A stretch of DNA of 64,000 bases from Meyerozyma guilliermondii (lineage: Eukaryota): contig CP128816.1 of the NCBI GenBank assembly GCA_051546255.1, forward strand, positions 1,488,001 through 1,552,000. Reading direction: 5' to 3'. This document shows positions 32,486 through 42,851 of this stretch, one piece after another. A program made the position numbers and the translations under genes. Numbering within the stretch: position 1 is the first letter of the stretch; every line of letters starts with the position of its first letter. The notes under the pieces are model-generated. The model saw only the letters and a program-made list of their open reading frames with translations. It was not told the DNA's origin and did not search any database.

Positions 32486-34531
32486 ATGAAGGGAACTATT
32501 CGTAACATAAACTTACCAGGTGTGGTGAAGACGAAGAAACGGGTTTTCATAATTGGCATAATCGTGTTTTTGAACTTGGCCATTCTTCTCAGTATTCATC
32601 CACACGCAGTCACCTCCAGCAAGGCTGTCACCTCGGTAGGAAACCATATCTCGGCCTATTCTCCGTTTAGGCTGAAAACTCCCATATCAGAGAAAGCTGG
32701 TGGCCGTGAAGAATCACAAGCAGCAATTATATTTCCTCTGTATTTTGAGCATGCCGAAGACGAATTAGCATACTATTACAAGACATTTCTCAAGCAAGAG
32801 AAGACCAATAATGATCTCAAATTCATCAAACATAGTGGACCGTCGGCACCTATTGTTCAAGATGTTGCACCAGAAAACTTAAGCACAAATCAGTTTGATG
32901 TTTTTGACTTTGCTGAAGGCGGAAAGAAGTGCTCACCTCTTCGTAAGAATATAACCGTTCAAGTGAGCAAACTGCAGAGATTTGATGAGCTTTTGCCCAT
33001 TGCTCACACATATATCGAACAGAGGAAACGAGATCCAGCTCTTGCGGAACTCGATGGGTTCATCAAAGAAGATATTCACGAACAGATTCTGTCCAATAAG
33101 CTCAACAGGCATTGGTACAAACTCGCAGGATCATCTGTGTGGCTCAAGGAATATGGAGTCCATTTTATGGTGTCTCGTGTGATGTATAGTCCACAAGGAA
33201 GCAAGAGACGTTCACCATTAAGTTTGACCTATGCACAAATTTTCGATGAAAAATGGAACGAAATCCATAATGGAGAACTTGTGTTCCCTTATAGAGGCTC
33301 AGGATCTGACGAAGAAGTGGAATATACCAAGATGCAATTTCCTTCTTTCCTCCCAGTACCATTCTTTCACGACTTCAAATATCAAGGCAAACGGTTTTAT
33401 GGTGCCGAAGACCCTCGCTTGTTACTTGTTAAAGATGAAGACGGCCACGATGAACCTCTCATGGTATACAACTCCCACCACCGCAAAATCGTGGACCGTC
33501 AACTTGCCGACGAAACTCATATGAACGTGACTTTAGACAGTTACAGACTGATGTTCATGGCTTGGCCATTTCGTTCTCAAAAAGGAAAAGACGTTATCAT
33601 GGGTCTTGAGGATCCCAGGTATTCAGACACCACATACATCAAGGCTGTAGAGCTTCGACTTGACACCAAAGAGAGAATCAAGACACAAAAGAACTGGACA
33701 CCATTCATTAGTGAAGTCGACAGGAATCAATTGTATGATGAAAACATCTACTTTGTTTACAGATGGGATCAGCTAGAGGTATTAAGATGTCCTCTCACCA
33801 AGTTCACGAAGGAGGGTATGTCTGCTTGCCGTCACGTTTACAGAAAGGAAAAGAACCCAAGCTCACAAGTGGGTCCATTTAGAGGTGGTACTCAAATGTT
33901 GAGTTTGAGAAGTATCATGCCAAGCTTAAAGTTGCCAAAAGACAAGGAAGTGTGGATTGGTTTTGCCAGAGCACATCTCAAGAACTGTGGATGTGGAAGA
34001 AGTATGTATAGGCCCAACTTGGCGGTGATAACGAGAGTGAAAGGACAGTTTCATGTGAGCCATGTTGGAGGATTTACTTCCTTGAATGTAGCATCACAAG
34101 GATGGGGAATTGCCAAATACCAATGTGGACCTAGAGATGCAAATGTACTTATTCCCAATGGTTTATCGAGCTGGATAGCAGAAAAGGGCAAGGAGGATAC
34201 TTTAACCGTTACCCTTTCAGTCGCTGATGAGTCCGTGGAGATGGTGCATGTAAAGGGATTACTTAACAAATTGTTCGAAGAGACCTCGATCATCGAGACT
34301 GGGCAAGATATCCCCAATGACAACACGGTGTTGGAATGTGGAGTGAAAGCATCGAACGACTTTTGTAAAGCTTATGGCATTGCTCAAATTGATCTTGGAA
34401 CCTTGGATCCAAAGTCTCCTTTACAGCCCAAGAAACCAGCAGCATCTAGAAGTAACGACGAAAAAGAAGCAAACAAGTCGGGCACAAAAGAATCTAAAAA
34501 GTCGTCGTGGTTTAATTTAGGTTTGTTGTAA
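32486..34531 (+). CDS. Beta-1,2-mannosyltransferase (BMT family, GT91), type II membrane protein
   Basis: N-terminal TM segment and motifs LAGSSVWL..YGVHFMVSR, GAEDPR, KNWTPF, GPFRGGT and CGCG..MYRPN. ATG at 32486. Confidence 0.92.
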   Translation: MKGTIRNINLPGVVKTKKRVFIIGIIVFLNLAILLSIHPHAVTSSKAVTSVGNHISAYSPFRLKTPISEKAGGREESQAAIIFPLYFEHAEDELAYYYKTFLKQEKTNNDLKFIKHSGPSAPIVQDVAPENLSTNQFDVFDFAEGGKKCSPLRKNITVQVSKLQRFDELLPIAHTYIEQRKRDPALAELDGFIKEDIHEQILSNKLNRHWYKLAGSSVWLKEYGVHFMVSRVMYSPQGSKRRSPLSLTYAQIFDEKWNEIHNGELVFPYRGSGSDEEVEYTKMQFPSFLPVPFFHDFKYQGKRFYGAEDPRLLLVKDEDGHDEPLMVYNSHHRKIVDRQLADETHMNVTLDSYRLMFMAWPFRSQKGKDVIMGLEDPRYSDTTYIKAVELRLDTKERIKTQKNWTPFISEVDRNQLYDENIYFVYRWDQLEVLRCPLTKFTKEGMSACRHVYRKEKNPSSQVGPFRGGTQMLSLRSIMPSLKLPKDKEVWIGFARAHLKNCGCGRSMYRPNLAVITRVKGQFHVSHVGGFTSLNVASQGWGIAKYQCGPRDANVLIPNGLSSWIAEKGKEDTLTVTLSVADESVEMVHVKGLLNKLFEETSIIETGQDIPNDNTVLECGVKASNDFCKAYGIAQIDLGTLDPKSPLQPKKPAASRSNDEKEANKSGTKESKKSSWFNLGLL

Positions 34532-34573
34532 AATTAATAAATTAATTAGTATAGAGCTTCCCCAGATTCTCGC

Positions 34574-34594
34574 GCTCATCGCACTGAAAAATTT
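34574..34594 (+). promoter_or_regulatory. PAC (GCTCATCGC) and RRPE (TGAAAAATTT) element pair
   Basis: Exact ribosome-biogenesis regulon motifs about 20-40 bp upstream of RTT10. Confidence 0.75.
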
Positions 34595-34615
34595 AAGTCA
34601 ACACCATATATACCA

Positions 34616-37609
34616 ATGACAGATTGCGTTATACGATCACCACGCATCGATGAGTTAGAGCACTACGGTCCTGTAACTGCACTCAGAAACCATAATAAGA
34701 TCCTCTTTTGTGGCTGCGGCCCTATACTAAAGGTTTTCGACATAAGCTCATCGCATCCTCAACTTGTCTTTCAACAAAAAGTACTTTCACGCAACAAAAT
34801 ACATACCATAGCGATCACTGACGATGGAAAGCAATTATTCGCAGGTGGTGGAAGATCATTTGTTATCATTGATATCGAAAATATCCTCAAAGGAGAGAAC
34901 AATGTATTCAAAGAGAAGGCAATTGATGAATGGATCGTTAGTGGTGAGTTCCTCAATCAGAACACGTTGTTAATACTTACAGCACACAATACCGTGTATG
35001 AGATTAACACACAATCATTTGAGCTGAAGAACACCATGGATTGTGGTGAAAAATCGATTCTTTATAGTGGAACCATTCGCATAGATACCAAAGGTCGAGT
35101 GCTCATTGGGGCTGGAACTGTGATGGAAGGAGTGATACTATGGGACTATAAGACAGGCAAAATCTTACACAATCTCACAGAACATGAGGGTTCGATTTTC
35201 GGAATAAAAATTGACCCCTCTGGAAAGTTTGCAGTTTCTTGCTCAGATGATCGTTCTATCAAACTCTACGACGTTCAACTGGGTAACATTTTAGCCACAG
35301 GCTGGGGCCATGGATCTCGGATTTGGGGCCTTGAGTTTTTCTCTGTTGGTGAAACACTTCATGTTTTTAGCCACGGAGAAGATACGACGGCTCGTCTTTG
35401 GAAATATCAACTAGGAAACACTTCCTTGGATCAGGTTCATATATGGGAAAATTGCCATTCAGGAAAACACATTTGGTCTGGATGTGTGTCTATGGAGTCA
35501 AGTGCTTGTATCACAGGTGGTGCTGATGGAAGAGTACGATTACTTGACATGGTTCCTTACCTATCCAAATCAACACTCCACTATAGCCTTGAAGATATTG
35601 CAGGGTACACTGGAGTACATTTCGAAAAAAATGAAATTATCAAGCAGTTTTTTGAACTTGAAGATGGTTTAGTGTCTATTACATCACATGGAACGATATT
35701 CTCATACTCATACTCGTCCCACAATTGGCGAGAAATAAAGTTGACATCAGATGAAAAACAAAAGTTCATGAACTTTTCTATCATGAGAGGCTTTAAAGAT
35801 GCTGGTACGGTAGCTATTACCACTCGCGTGGGCGACATTCTTCTTCTTCAGTTTCAGAGCATCAATGAAACCCCCACCAAAATCTGGATCGAAGACGAAT
35901 ATCTTCAGTCGAGCAAAGTCACAAACTTGTTGAGTTTTGGTTGTAATGGTCAATATTATTTATTGACAGACTGCCCAAACCCCAAAACACCTTTCGTTCT
36001 TCGAGAGTTCCACCTTAGCTCTGGAGAATTCAGACTCAAGAGCACCACTTGCTTAAGTCAACCTCAGCAAACCAGCTTCACCACAACTTGCATGGTTGTT
36101 GATAGCGTTAATAACTGGCTCATTTTGGCCTCTCGTTATGTTACTATCGCAATCTACGACCTTGGCTCTACTGAGAACCAACCCACTCCACTTTCAGCTA
36201 TCTTCAAGAAAATTACCTCTGGTGATACGATTACCTCATTATCAACTTTAATGGCTGCGAAAAATTGTTCAACTTTACTTCTCACCGTTAGAGACGGAGC
36301 ATATGCAACAATCACATTAAGAAAAGACAACACACTCACCTACGACATTGACCTTGAAAACAAGCTTTCCAGAGGCTTTATCGAAGGTGGCTTTTTCGAC
36401 GGCGACAACTTGATAGTATATGGATTCAAATCATCGTCATTTTTTATCTGGAATGAAACACAACAATTGGAATTAATGAGTGTTGCATGCGGAGGAGCAC
36501 ACAGGCAATGGGAGCTCTACAGAAACGAGTCCGAATACAAGTTCGTATACATGAATAAGTCTACCATCTATTTTGCTGATGCCTCAAAGAGATTTGAAAA
36601 TAACGGTGTCTTAGTTGACGGAACTCATGGAAGAGAAATTCGGGATATTGCTGTTTCAAAGTGGGAATCCGGAAACAACTATCGAGATGTAATCACAGCA
36701 TCTGAAGACACAACCTTACGATACGGTAGATTGTTCCCCAATGGTAAAGTTCATGTCTATTGGACATTGAACAAACATGTTTCCGGGCTTCAGAAAGTCA
36801 AGTTTATCGACAGCAATCTTGTAGGAAGTTGCGCTGCCAATGAAGAATTCATTGTCTGGAAACTTTCAGGCACAAAGATTCCTAGCATCGCAGACTTTGC
36901 AGTCTTACCAACTGAACATAAGAACCCTGATCTTCGTATCATGGATTTCGACTCTATTGAGGTCGATGGAGAGCTCTTGATTGCAACAGTTTATTCAGAC
37001 TCTCAAATAAAGGTGTGGAAATTTGATGAAAAACCTCAAAAATTCACTCTCGTTCTCGAAGGAACATACACCACTTGTTGCTTGCTTCACGTTAAGTTTC
37101 TTCGAGTAGCAGGAAACATCTTCCTCACTACAGCTGCTACAGATGGTCATTTGGCAATTTGGAAAATGCCCAACTTGTCAAACAAAGCAAATTTACCGGC
37201 TCCATTGATCAAGCAACAAATTCACCAGAATTCTATTAAAGGTTTGGCATTTGAAGAGGTCACCGGCGATCATTATCGGGTCTTCACAGGTGGTGATGAC
37301 AACTCTTTGATTGTTTCGGATCTCAAATTTGGATCTGAGGAGATTTCGTTATCGCTGTTAGATTTCCAAGAATCAGCAGCATCCTCAACAATAACCTCAG
37401 TGACTCTTATTGGAACTGCCAAAGTAATGACAGTTTCTGTGGACCAGATAGTGAGACTCTGGAGCTTTGAATCAGACAAGTTGGTGTGCATCTCGGAAAC
37501 TTATACCACTATTGCTGATACTGGCTGTTCAGAAGCGACGGAAATCGGAAACCTGTTGATGCTTCTTGTGGGCGGATCGGGACTCAGCACTTTTAAAGTT
37601 TCAAATTAA
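34616..37609 (+). CDS. RTT10: WD40 protein Rtt10/Trm734 (WDR6), partner of the tRNA 2'-O-methylase Trm7
   Basis: 997 aa with motifs EKSILYSG, HEGSIF, SCSDDRSI, GWGHGSRIW, CGGAHRQW, HGREIRD and DLRIMDFD. Confidence 0.9.
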   Translation: MTDCVIRSPRIDELEHYGPVTALRNHNKILFCGCGPILKVFDISSSHPQLVFQQKVLSRNKIHTIAITDDGKQLFAGGGRSFVIIDIENILKGENNVFKEKAIDEWIVSGEFLNQNTLLILTAHNTVYEINTQSFELKNTMDCGEKSILYSGTIRIDTKGRVLIGAGTVMEGVILWDYKTGKILHNLTEHEGSIFGIKIDPSGKFAVSCSDDRSIKLYDVQLGNILATGWGHGSRIWGLEFFSVGETLHVFSHGEDTTARLWKYQLGNTSLDQVHIWENCHSGKHIWSGCVSMESSACITGGADGRVRLLDMVPYLSKSTLHYSLEDIAGYTGVHFEKNEIIKQFFELEDGLVSITSHGTIFSYSYSSHNWREIKLTSDEKQKFMNFSIMRGFKDAGTVAITTRVGDILLLQFQSINETPTKIWIEDEYLQSSKVTNLLSFGCNGQYYLLTDCPNPKTPFVLREFHLSSGEFRLKSTTCLSQPQQTSFTTTCMVVDSVNNWLILASRYVTIAIYDLGSTENQPTPLSAIFKKITSGDTITSLSTLMAAKNCSTLLLTVRDGAYATITLRKDNTLTYDIDLENKLSRGFIEGGFFDGDNLIVYGFKSSSFFIWNETQQLELMSVACGGAHRQWELYRNESEYKFVYMNKSTIYFADASKRFENNGVLVDGTHGREIRDIAVSKWESGNNYRDVITASEDTTLRYGRLFPNGKVHVYWTLNKHVSGLQKVKFIDSNLVGSCAANEEFIVWKLSGTKIPSIADFAVLPTEHKNPDLRIMDFDSIEVDGELLIATVYSDSQIKVWKFDEKPQKFTLVLEGTYTTCCLLHVKFLRVAGNIFLTTAATDGHLAIWKMPNLSNKANLPAPLIKQQIHQNSIKGLAFEEVTGDHYRVFTGGDDNSLIVSDLKFGSEEISLSLLDFQESAASSTITSVTLIGTAKVMTVSVDQIVRLWSFESDKLVCISETYTTIADTGCSEATEIGNLLMLLVGGSGLSTFKVSN

Positions 37610-37670
37610 TTTACGATTCAAGCTAATATATACGTGCATTAAGTGCGTCTAATCTAAGGTTTGTAGTAAA

Positions 37671-40600
37671 TTATAATTCCAACAAACGCAAGTTGAAAAC
37701 TGTGTCGTTGATAACTTGTTCTTCATCAATGATAGGACTCGTTGAACTTCCGAATGGCTCAATTGGTCTCTTTGTACATTTCAACAACATCTCTTCATTC
37801 TCCTTCAAGATGTTCTCGAAACCTATGGTATCCTTCGACACCTTGTATTCAACCTTGACGTCATCTGTGGTGTTCAAGCCAGCCTTCTTTCTCAATCTTT
37901 GAATACGGTTGATCAACTCTCTGGCCAAGCCTTCATTTTGCAATTCAGGGTACATGTTGACATCCAAGATGATGAGAATGTCTTGCTGGGATCTAGACTC
38001 ATGTCCACTAGCTGCCAGAGCAGCTGGTAATCCTCTTTGAACTTGCAAATCTTCGGTGACTAATTCAATTCCGTCGACGGTCAATTTACCAGATTTAGCA
38101 AAAGCCTTGACTTCGTCTGAACTTACCGATGGTAAAGCAGCCTTGACCTTCTTGGCATCCTTCTTCAATTTCTTACCAAGAACTGGCCAGTCAGCCACCA
38201 CGGTATATTCGACACCATACTTTTCCTCATCGGAGGAGATTACAATGTCTCTGACATTCAATTCCTCGATGATATAGTCTTTCAAAGATTCAACATCGCT
38301 CAAGTAGTCAGGGTCAGAGTGTAAGATGACAAGTTCCTTCAAAGGAGTCTTCAAAGAGATCATCTTCTTTTCTCTGATGTTTCTTCCCAAATCAATAACC
38401 TTTTGCATTCTGCCAACAGCGGTCTCAATCTTCTCATCAAAAAGTTCCTTTCTTTCAGTAGGGTACGACATGAAGTGAATGGACCTGGTATCTTTCTCCT
38501 TAGGGTTGACACTCAAAGAGATCAAATCTTCTTCGGTGAAGTAAACCTTAAGTCGTTGGTAAATACCATCGGCAAGGAAAGGAGTGAAAGGAGCCATTGC
38601 ACGAGACAAGGTGAGTAAAGCCTCCGACAAAGTGTTGAGTGCAACTCTTGTGTCTTCCTTGTCTCCACTCAAACCCTTGAGACGTCTACGGTTGAACCGA
38701 ATGTACCAGTTAGTCAAGTCGTCAATCAAGGACAACAACTTGGGAACAACGGTGTATAACCTGTAAGCCTGCATCTCTTTGTGAATGAATGCAATTAAGG
38801 ATTGAAGAGATGCCATTAACCATTTGTCCATTACGTTGGTTGAGAACAATTTCGAGTTGTAGACAAACTTCTCACCATTGTCTTTCTGGTAAATGTTGGC
38901 AGCATCATTAAAGAACTTGAAGGAGTTATACCAAGGTAATAAGACACTTGAGACCACCTCTCTCACACCTTCTTCCTTGAACTTCAAGGTTTCAGCTCTA
39001 GCAACGGGTGACTTGATCATATACAATCTCAATGCGTCGGCACCGTACTCCTTCAAGACTATATTAGGGTCTGGGTAGTTTTTCAATCTCTTAGACATTT
39101 TCTTACCATCAGCAGCCAGCACAATACCGGTGACAATGACGTTTTGGTAAGGGGCAGTATTGAACAAGTGTGTACCCAAGACAGTCAAGGTATAGAACCA
39201 ACCTCTTGTTTGATCCAAACCTTCAGAGATGAAGTTGGCGGGGAATGAGTTCATGAAAAGTTCCTTATTCTCAAAAGGATAATGTCTCGAAGCGTAAGGC
39301 ATTGAACCGGACTCAAACCAACAATCAAACACCTCTTCAACTCTCTTCAAGTTGCCCTTACCTTGCTTGGAGGGAATGGTAACATCATCGATACTGTCTC
39401 TGTGGATATCAGTGATATCATCTCTTCCAGATAATTCCCTCAATTCTTCAATAGAGCCAACGCAAACGATTTCTTCAAAGTCGTCACTAACCCAGAGTGG
39501 AATTGGAGTACCCCAGTATCTGTTTCTGGAAACATTCCAATCTCTAGCGTTGGAAATCCAGTTGGAAAACCGCTTTTCCTTGATGTTGGATGGCACCCAG
39601 TTTGTCCTCTCGACATTCTTCAACATATCTGGGACAATATCAGTCACACGAACAAACCAAGCTGGCACAGCTCTGTACAAAAGAGGTGTATCAGATCTCC
39701 AACAGAATGGGTACGAGTGCTTGATTTGGGTGTTCATCAAAATTCTTCCATCTTCTGTCAATCTTTTGATGATGAGCTTGTCTGCATCCTTGACATACAC
39801 ACCATGGAAATCAGAAACTTCAGCAGTGAAGCGACCATTGTCATCCACTGGATTGGGTGGAGTTCTCTTCTCGTTGATAACACCAGCGTTAGCGGCAGCA
39901 TTGAAATCTTCCTCACCAAATGCTGGAGATTGATGGACAATACCAGTACCAGAGTCTGCAGTAACGTAGTCTGCACCAATAACCTGGAAGCCATGGTCCT
40001 TAAAGCTGTCGTAAAAGTAGTTGAAAAGTGGCTTATACTTGAGTCCAACTAAGTCTTTACCTTTGATTTTCTCCACGACCTTATACTTGGCGGCAGCAGG
40101 CTTCTTGTAGACGGCATTTAACAAAGACTCCAACAAAATGAAATGCTTCTGCTTCTCTTCATCAAAGATTTTGACGTACTCAAAGTCAGGATTAACACAC
40201 AACGCGATGTTAGAAGGCAATGTCCAAGGGGTGGTGGTCCATGCAATCAACCAAGTGTTCTCATCGTCGATAAGAGGAAAAGATACGGTGACTGCAGGAT
40301 CATTGACATCTTTATAGTTTTGCTGAGCTTCAAAATTGGACAAAGGGGTAGTCAAACCAGTAGAGTATGGCATGACACGCAATCCTTTGTAGACAGCATC
40401 CTTCTTGTACAACTCTTTGAAAGCCCACCACACAGATTCCATAAACTCTGGGTACAAAGTCTTGTAATCGTTATCCATATCGATCCACCTTCCAATTCTT
40501 GTCACAGTTCTGCGCCATTCATCGGCGTATCTCATCACAATCGCCCTACACTCAGCATTGTATTTGTCAATACCCATCTTCATGACATCGTGTTTACCGG

Positions 40601-40904
40601 TAATACCCAACTTTTTGTCAATCTCGTACTCGATAGGTAACCCATGAGTATCCCATCCAAATCTTCTCACCACATGGTGTCCATTCATTGTAGCATACCT
40701 TGGAATGATATCTTTCACTGTAGAAGCCAAAAGATGTCCATAGTGAGGTGTACCAGTAGCAAAAGGAGGACCGTCAAAGAATGCAAAAGGTGGAAAATCT
40801 TTTGTCAATTCCAAGGAACGTTGAAAAGCATCCACCTCATTCCACTGGTCAATAACCTTTTCTTCTTCCCTAGGGAAGCTAAAATGACCCAGTTCTTCAG
40901 CCAT
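37671..40904 (-). CDS. ILS1: Cytosolic isoleucyl-tRNA synthetase
   Basis: DGPPFATGTPHYGH (HIGH motif), WTTTPWTLP, EGLDQTRGWFY and KMSKR. The conserved start MAEELGHFSFPREEE is at 40904; an upstream in-frame ATG lies at 41018. Confidence 0.97.
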   Translation of the reverse strand: MAEELGHFSFPREEEKVIDQWNEVDAFQRSLELTKDFPPFAFFDGPPFATGTPHYGHLLASTVKDIIPRYATMNGHHVVRRFGWDTHGLPIEYEIDKKLGITGKHDVMKMGIDKYNAECRAIVMRYADEWRRTVTRIGRWIDMDNDYKTLYPEFMESVWWAFKELYKKDAVYKGLRVMPYSTGLTTPLSNFEAQQNYKDVNDPAVTVSFPLIDDENTWLIAWTTTPWTLPSNIALCVNPDFEYVKIFDEEKQKHFILLESLLNAVYKKPAAAKYKVVEKIKGKDLVGLKYKPLFNYFYDSFKDHGFQVIGADYVTADSGTGIVHQSPAFGEEDFNAAANAGVINEKRTPPNPVDDNGRFTAEVSDFHGVYVKDADKLIIKRLTEDGRILMNTQIKHSYPFCWRSDTPLLYRAVPAWFVRVTDIVPDMLKNVERTNWVPSNIKEKRFSNWISNARDWNVSRNRYWGTPIPLWVSDDFEEIVCVGSIEELRELSGRDDITDIHRDSIDDVTIPSKQGKGNLKRVEEVFDCWFESGSMPYASRHYPFENKELFMNSFPANFISEGLDQTRGWFYTLTVLGTHLFNTAPYQNVIVTGIVLAADGKKMSKRLKNYPDPNIVLKEYGADALRLYMIKSPVARAETLKFKEEGVREVVSSVLLPWYNSFKFFNDAANIYQKDNGEKFVYNSKLFSTNVMDKWLMASLQSLIAFIHKEMQAYRLYTVVPKLLSLIDDLTNWYIRFNRRRLKGLSGDKEDTRVALNTLSEALLTLSRAMAPFTPFLADGIYQRLKVYFTEEDLISLSVNPKEKDTRSIHFMSYPTERKELFDEKIETAVGRMQKVIDLGRNIREKKMISLKTPLKELVILHSDPDYLSDVESLKDYIIEELNVRDIVISSDEEKYGVEYTVVADWPVLGKKLKKDAKKVKAALPSVSSDEVKAFAKSGKLTVDGIELVTEDLQVQRGLPAALAASGHESRSQQDILIILDVNMYPELQNEGLARELINRIQRLRKKAGLNTTDDVKVEYKVSKDTIGFENILKENEEMLLKCTKRPIEPFGSSTSPIIDEEQVINDTVFNLRLLEL

Positions 40905-41095
40905 TACTAACCAAAAGTTGTTTGTGGAAGTCCAAGTCAGACGATTATAACTTGTCTGGCGGTGACTAATTGAAAAAATTTGCAGCAGATGCAGTACCGC
41001 ACTAAATAATCTCAGCATATCGGCACCATAGATTGAACGGCGCGAAGGTGACTCGACCGTAGCTATGCTTAATGAGTCAATTATTTAGGCACTGA
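40905..41095. promoter_or_regulatory. Bidirectional ILS1/TilS promoter with Gcn4-type sites and an RRPE-like element
   Basis: TGACTAA at 40963, TGAAAAAATTT at 40971, TGACTC at 41049 and TGAGTCA at 41073-41079. Confidence 0.7.
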
Positions 41096-42511
41096 ATGAT
41101 TACGATAGCACAATTCCAGAACTGCTTTCATGCGTGTTTTGGGGCAACGACCGTTAAGGCGCCAAGACGTCTAGCCATCGCATTATCTGGTGGTGTGGAT
41201 TCGATGTGTTTGGCTTATCTTCTTTCTCAGTACAAGCAGGTGTACGAGCCAAGCTTGGAGCTCCATTCTATAACCATAGACCATGGATACAGGTCTGATT
41301 CGGAAATTGAGGCCCAGAAAGTTGCGCAAGTGGTGCAAAACTGGGGTATATTACCGTCGGTCTCTCGTTTGAAATATAGTTGCAACCCTGCAAAAATTTC
41401 CAATTTCGAAGAAGTAGCCCGTACGATGCGGTACGCCGAGTTCGAAAGATTTTGCCGTGGAAATAACATTGAAGGACTTTTGGTGGCACACAACTTGGAC
41501 GACCAAATTGAAACTTTTATCCAACGGCTCCGTCAGAATTCGTCAATATTTGGACTTGCAGGCTTAAAGAGAGCTACCACACTTCCAGTTGCAACTAATG
41601 AGCCGAATGAGAGACCAATTCCTCTCTTTAGGCCTCTTTTGCAATTTCCAAAGTCTGAATTGATCAGCACTTGCATTGCGAATAAGATACAGTGGTTCGA
41701 AGACTCAACAAACCAAGACGCTAATTTGACTGAGCGCAACTTCTGGCGCTCCGAACTAAAGAAACCCGATGACGAGTCAGTTATTAATCGAGATCAGTTC
41801 TTGCAAACTTTTCTGGAAGTGGAAACTGTGGTCAACGAGCTTCGAAAGAAGGTTAAAGCGCTCAAACTTCATGTTTTTGGTACCGAGGAATGCGAATATG
41901 CTCGTAACGGAACATTGAGCTTTCAGATTCAGTACTCAGTACTTTCCAACCTTTCTGCTATGGTATTCAGTCGTTTTCTTTTTCAAATATTGCATCCTAT
42001 ATCTGCGTCTCGCGATTACCACTGGATGTACGCAAAGCTAGAACGGCATGCTGTACCAAGAATCATGAAGCATTTTGTTGTATCTCAGAACAGAGTAGCA
42101 TTGCGCCTAACATATCTCAATATTCTATGGAATATTGAACGAATTGAAGATACCTTACATTTCCATTTTGAAAGGCAGCCTATACCTCAGAATGAGTATG
42201 CTCATATATCAACCAGCATAAATCCAGACGGAAAGAGTACACTTTTTGACAATAGATTCTGGATAAGACTAAAGATTGCTACTAAGAACAAAGTCAGTGT
42301 GGAACCTTATGATCCAAAAAGACATAAAAAAATCATTCGTCAAGCCTTTCCTGAATTGAAGAAGTTTTCCAACTTATCGAAATCCCTTAAACTGACCCCA
42401 ATTGTTATTGCACAAGATATTATGGCAGTTCCGGTTCTCGATAAGGTCAAGGCGAACATTCCAGCTGACGTGGAAGTGCAACTAAAAGCTAACTTATTTA
42501 CGAACTCGTAA
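41096..42511 (+). CDS. tRNA(Ile)-lysidine synthetase family (TilS/MesJ) PP-loop ATPase
   Basis: Motifs LAIALSGGVDSM, IDHGYR, EEVAR..RY, AHNLDDQIET, GLAGL, RPLL..PK and WFEDSTN. Confidence 0.9.
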   Translation: MITIAQFQNCFHACFGATTVKAPRRLAIALSGGVDSMCLAYLLSQYKQVYEPSLELHSITIDHGYRSDSEIEAQKVAQVVQNWGILPSVSRLKYSCNPAKISNFEEVARTMRYAEFERFCRGNNIEGLLVAHNLDDQIETFIQRLRQNSSIFGLAGLKRATTLPVATNEPNERPIPLFRPLLQFPKSELISTCIANKIQWFEDSTNQDANLTERNFWRSELKKPDDESVINRDQFLQTFLEVETVVNELRKKVKALKLHVFGTEECEYARNGTLSFQIQYSVLSNLSAMVFSRFLFQILHPISASRDYHWMYAKLERHAVPRIMKHFVVSQNRVALRLTYLNILWNIERIEDTLHFHFERQPIPQNEYAHISTSINPDGKSTLFDNRFWIRLKIATKNKVSVEPYDPKRHKKIIRQAFPELKKFSNLSKSLKLTPIVIAQDIMAVPVLDKVKANIPADVEVQLKANLFTNS

Positions 42512-42851
42512 GTGTTCAAACAGAAAGGTTGCGAAGCTTACAAAGTTATTACCAGTGTAATTGCAATTCTCTTATATACAACTCGACCCACTGTAAATAG
42601 CAAAAACCGGAACGAAACCATCCTGTAGTTGAAATACGAATTCCACACATCTATGGCTTTACTCTTTTGAGTCGGCTGCAAAAGAATCTAAATGCGGTCC
42701 TGTCAACTCTCCAGCCTGTATACAGGAAAACCAAACTTGTTTAAATTTTGTCCATCATTAACACTAACGGGTGTAGACGCCACCGAATAACGCCTGCCAC
42801 TACATATAGGCAATTAATACATCATAATCACATCTCGAGTATTGCCGCAGG

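Noticed and set aside
42512..42851. GAAGCTTACAAA resembling the 5' region of RNase MRP RNA
   Set aside because: The conserved P4 motifs (GAAAGTC and the matching 3' strand) are not seen; probably a chance match.
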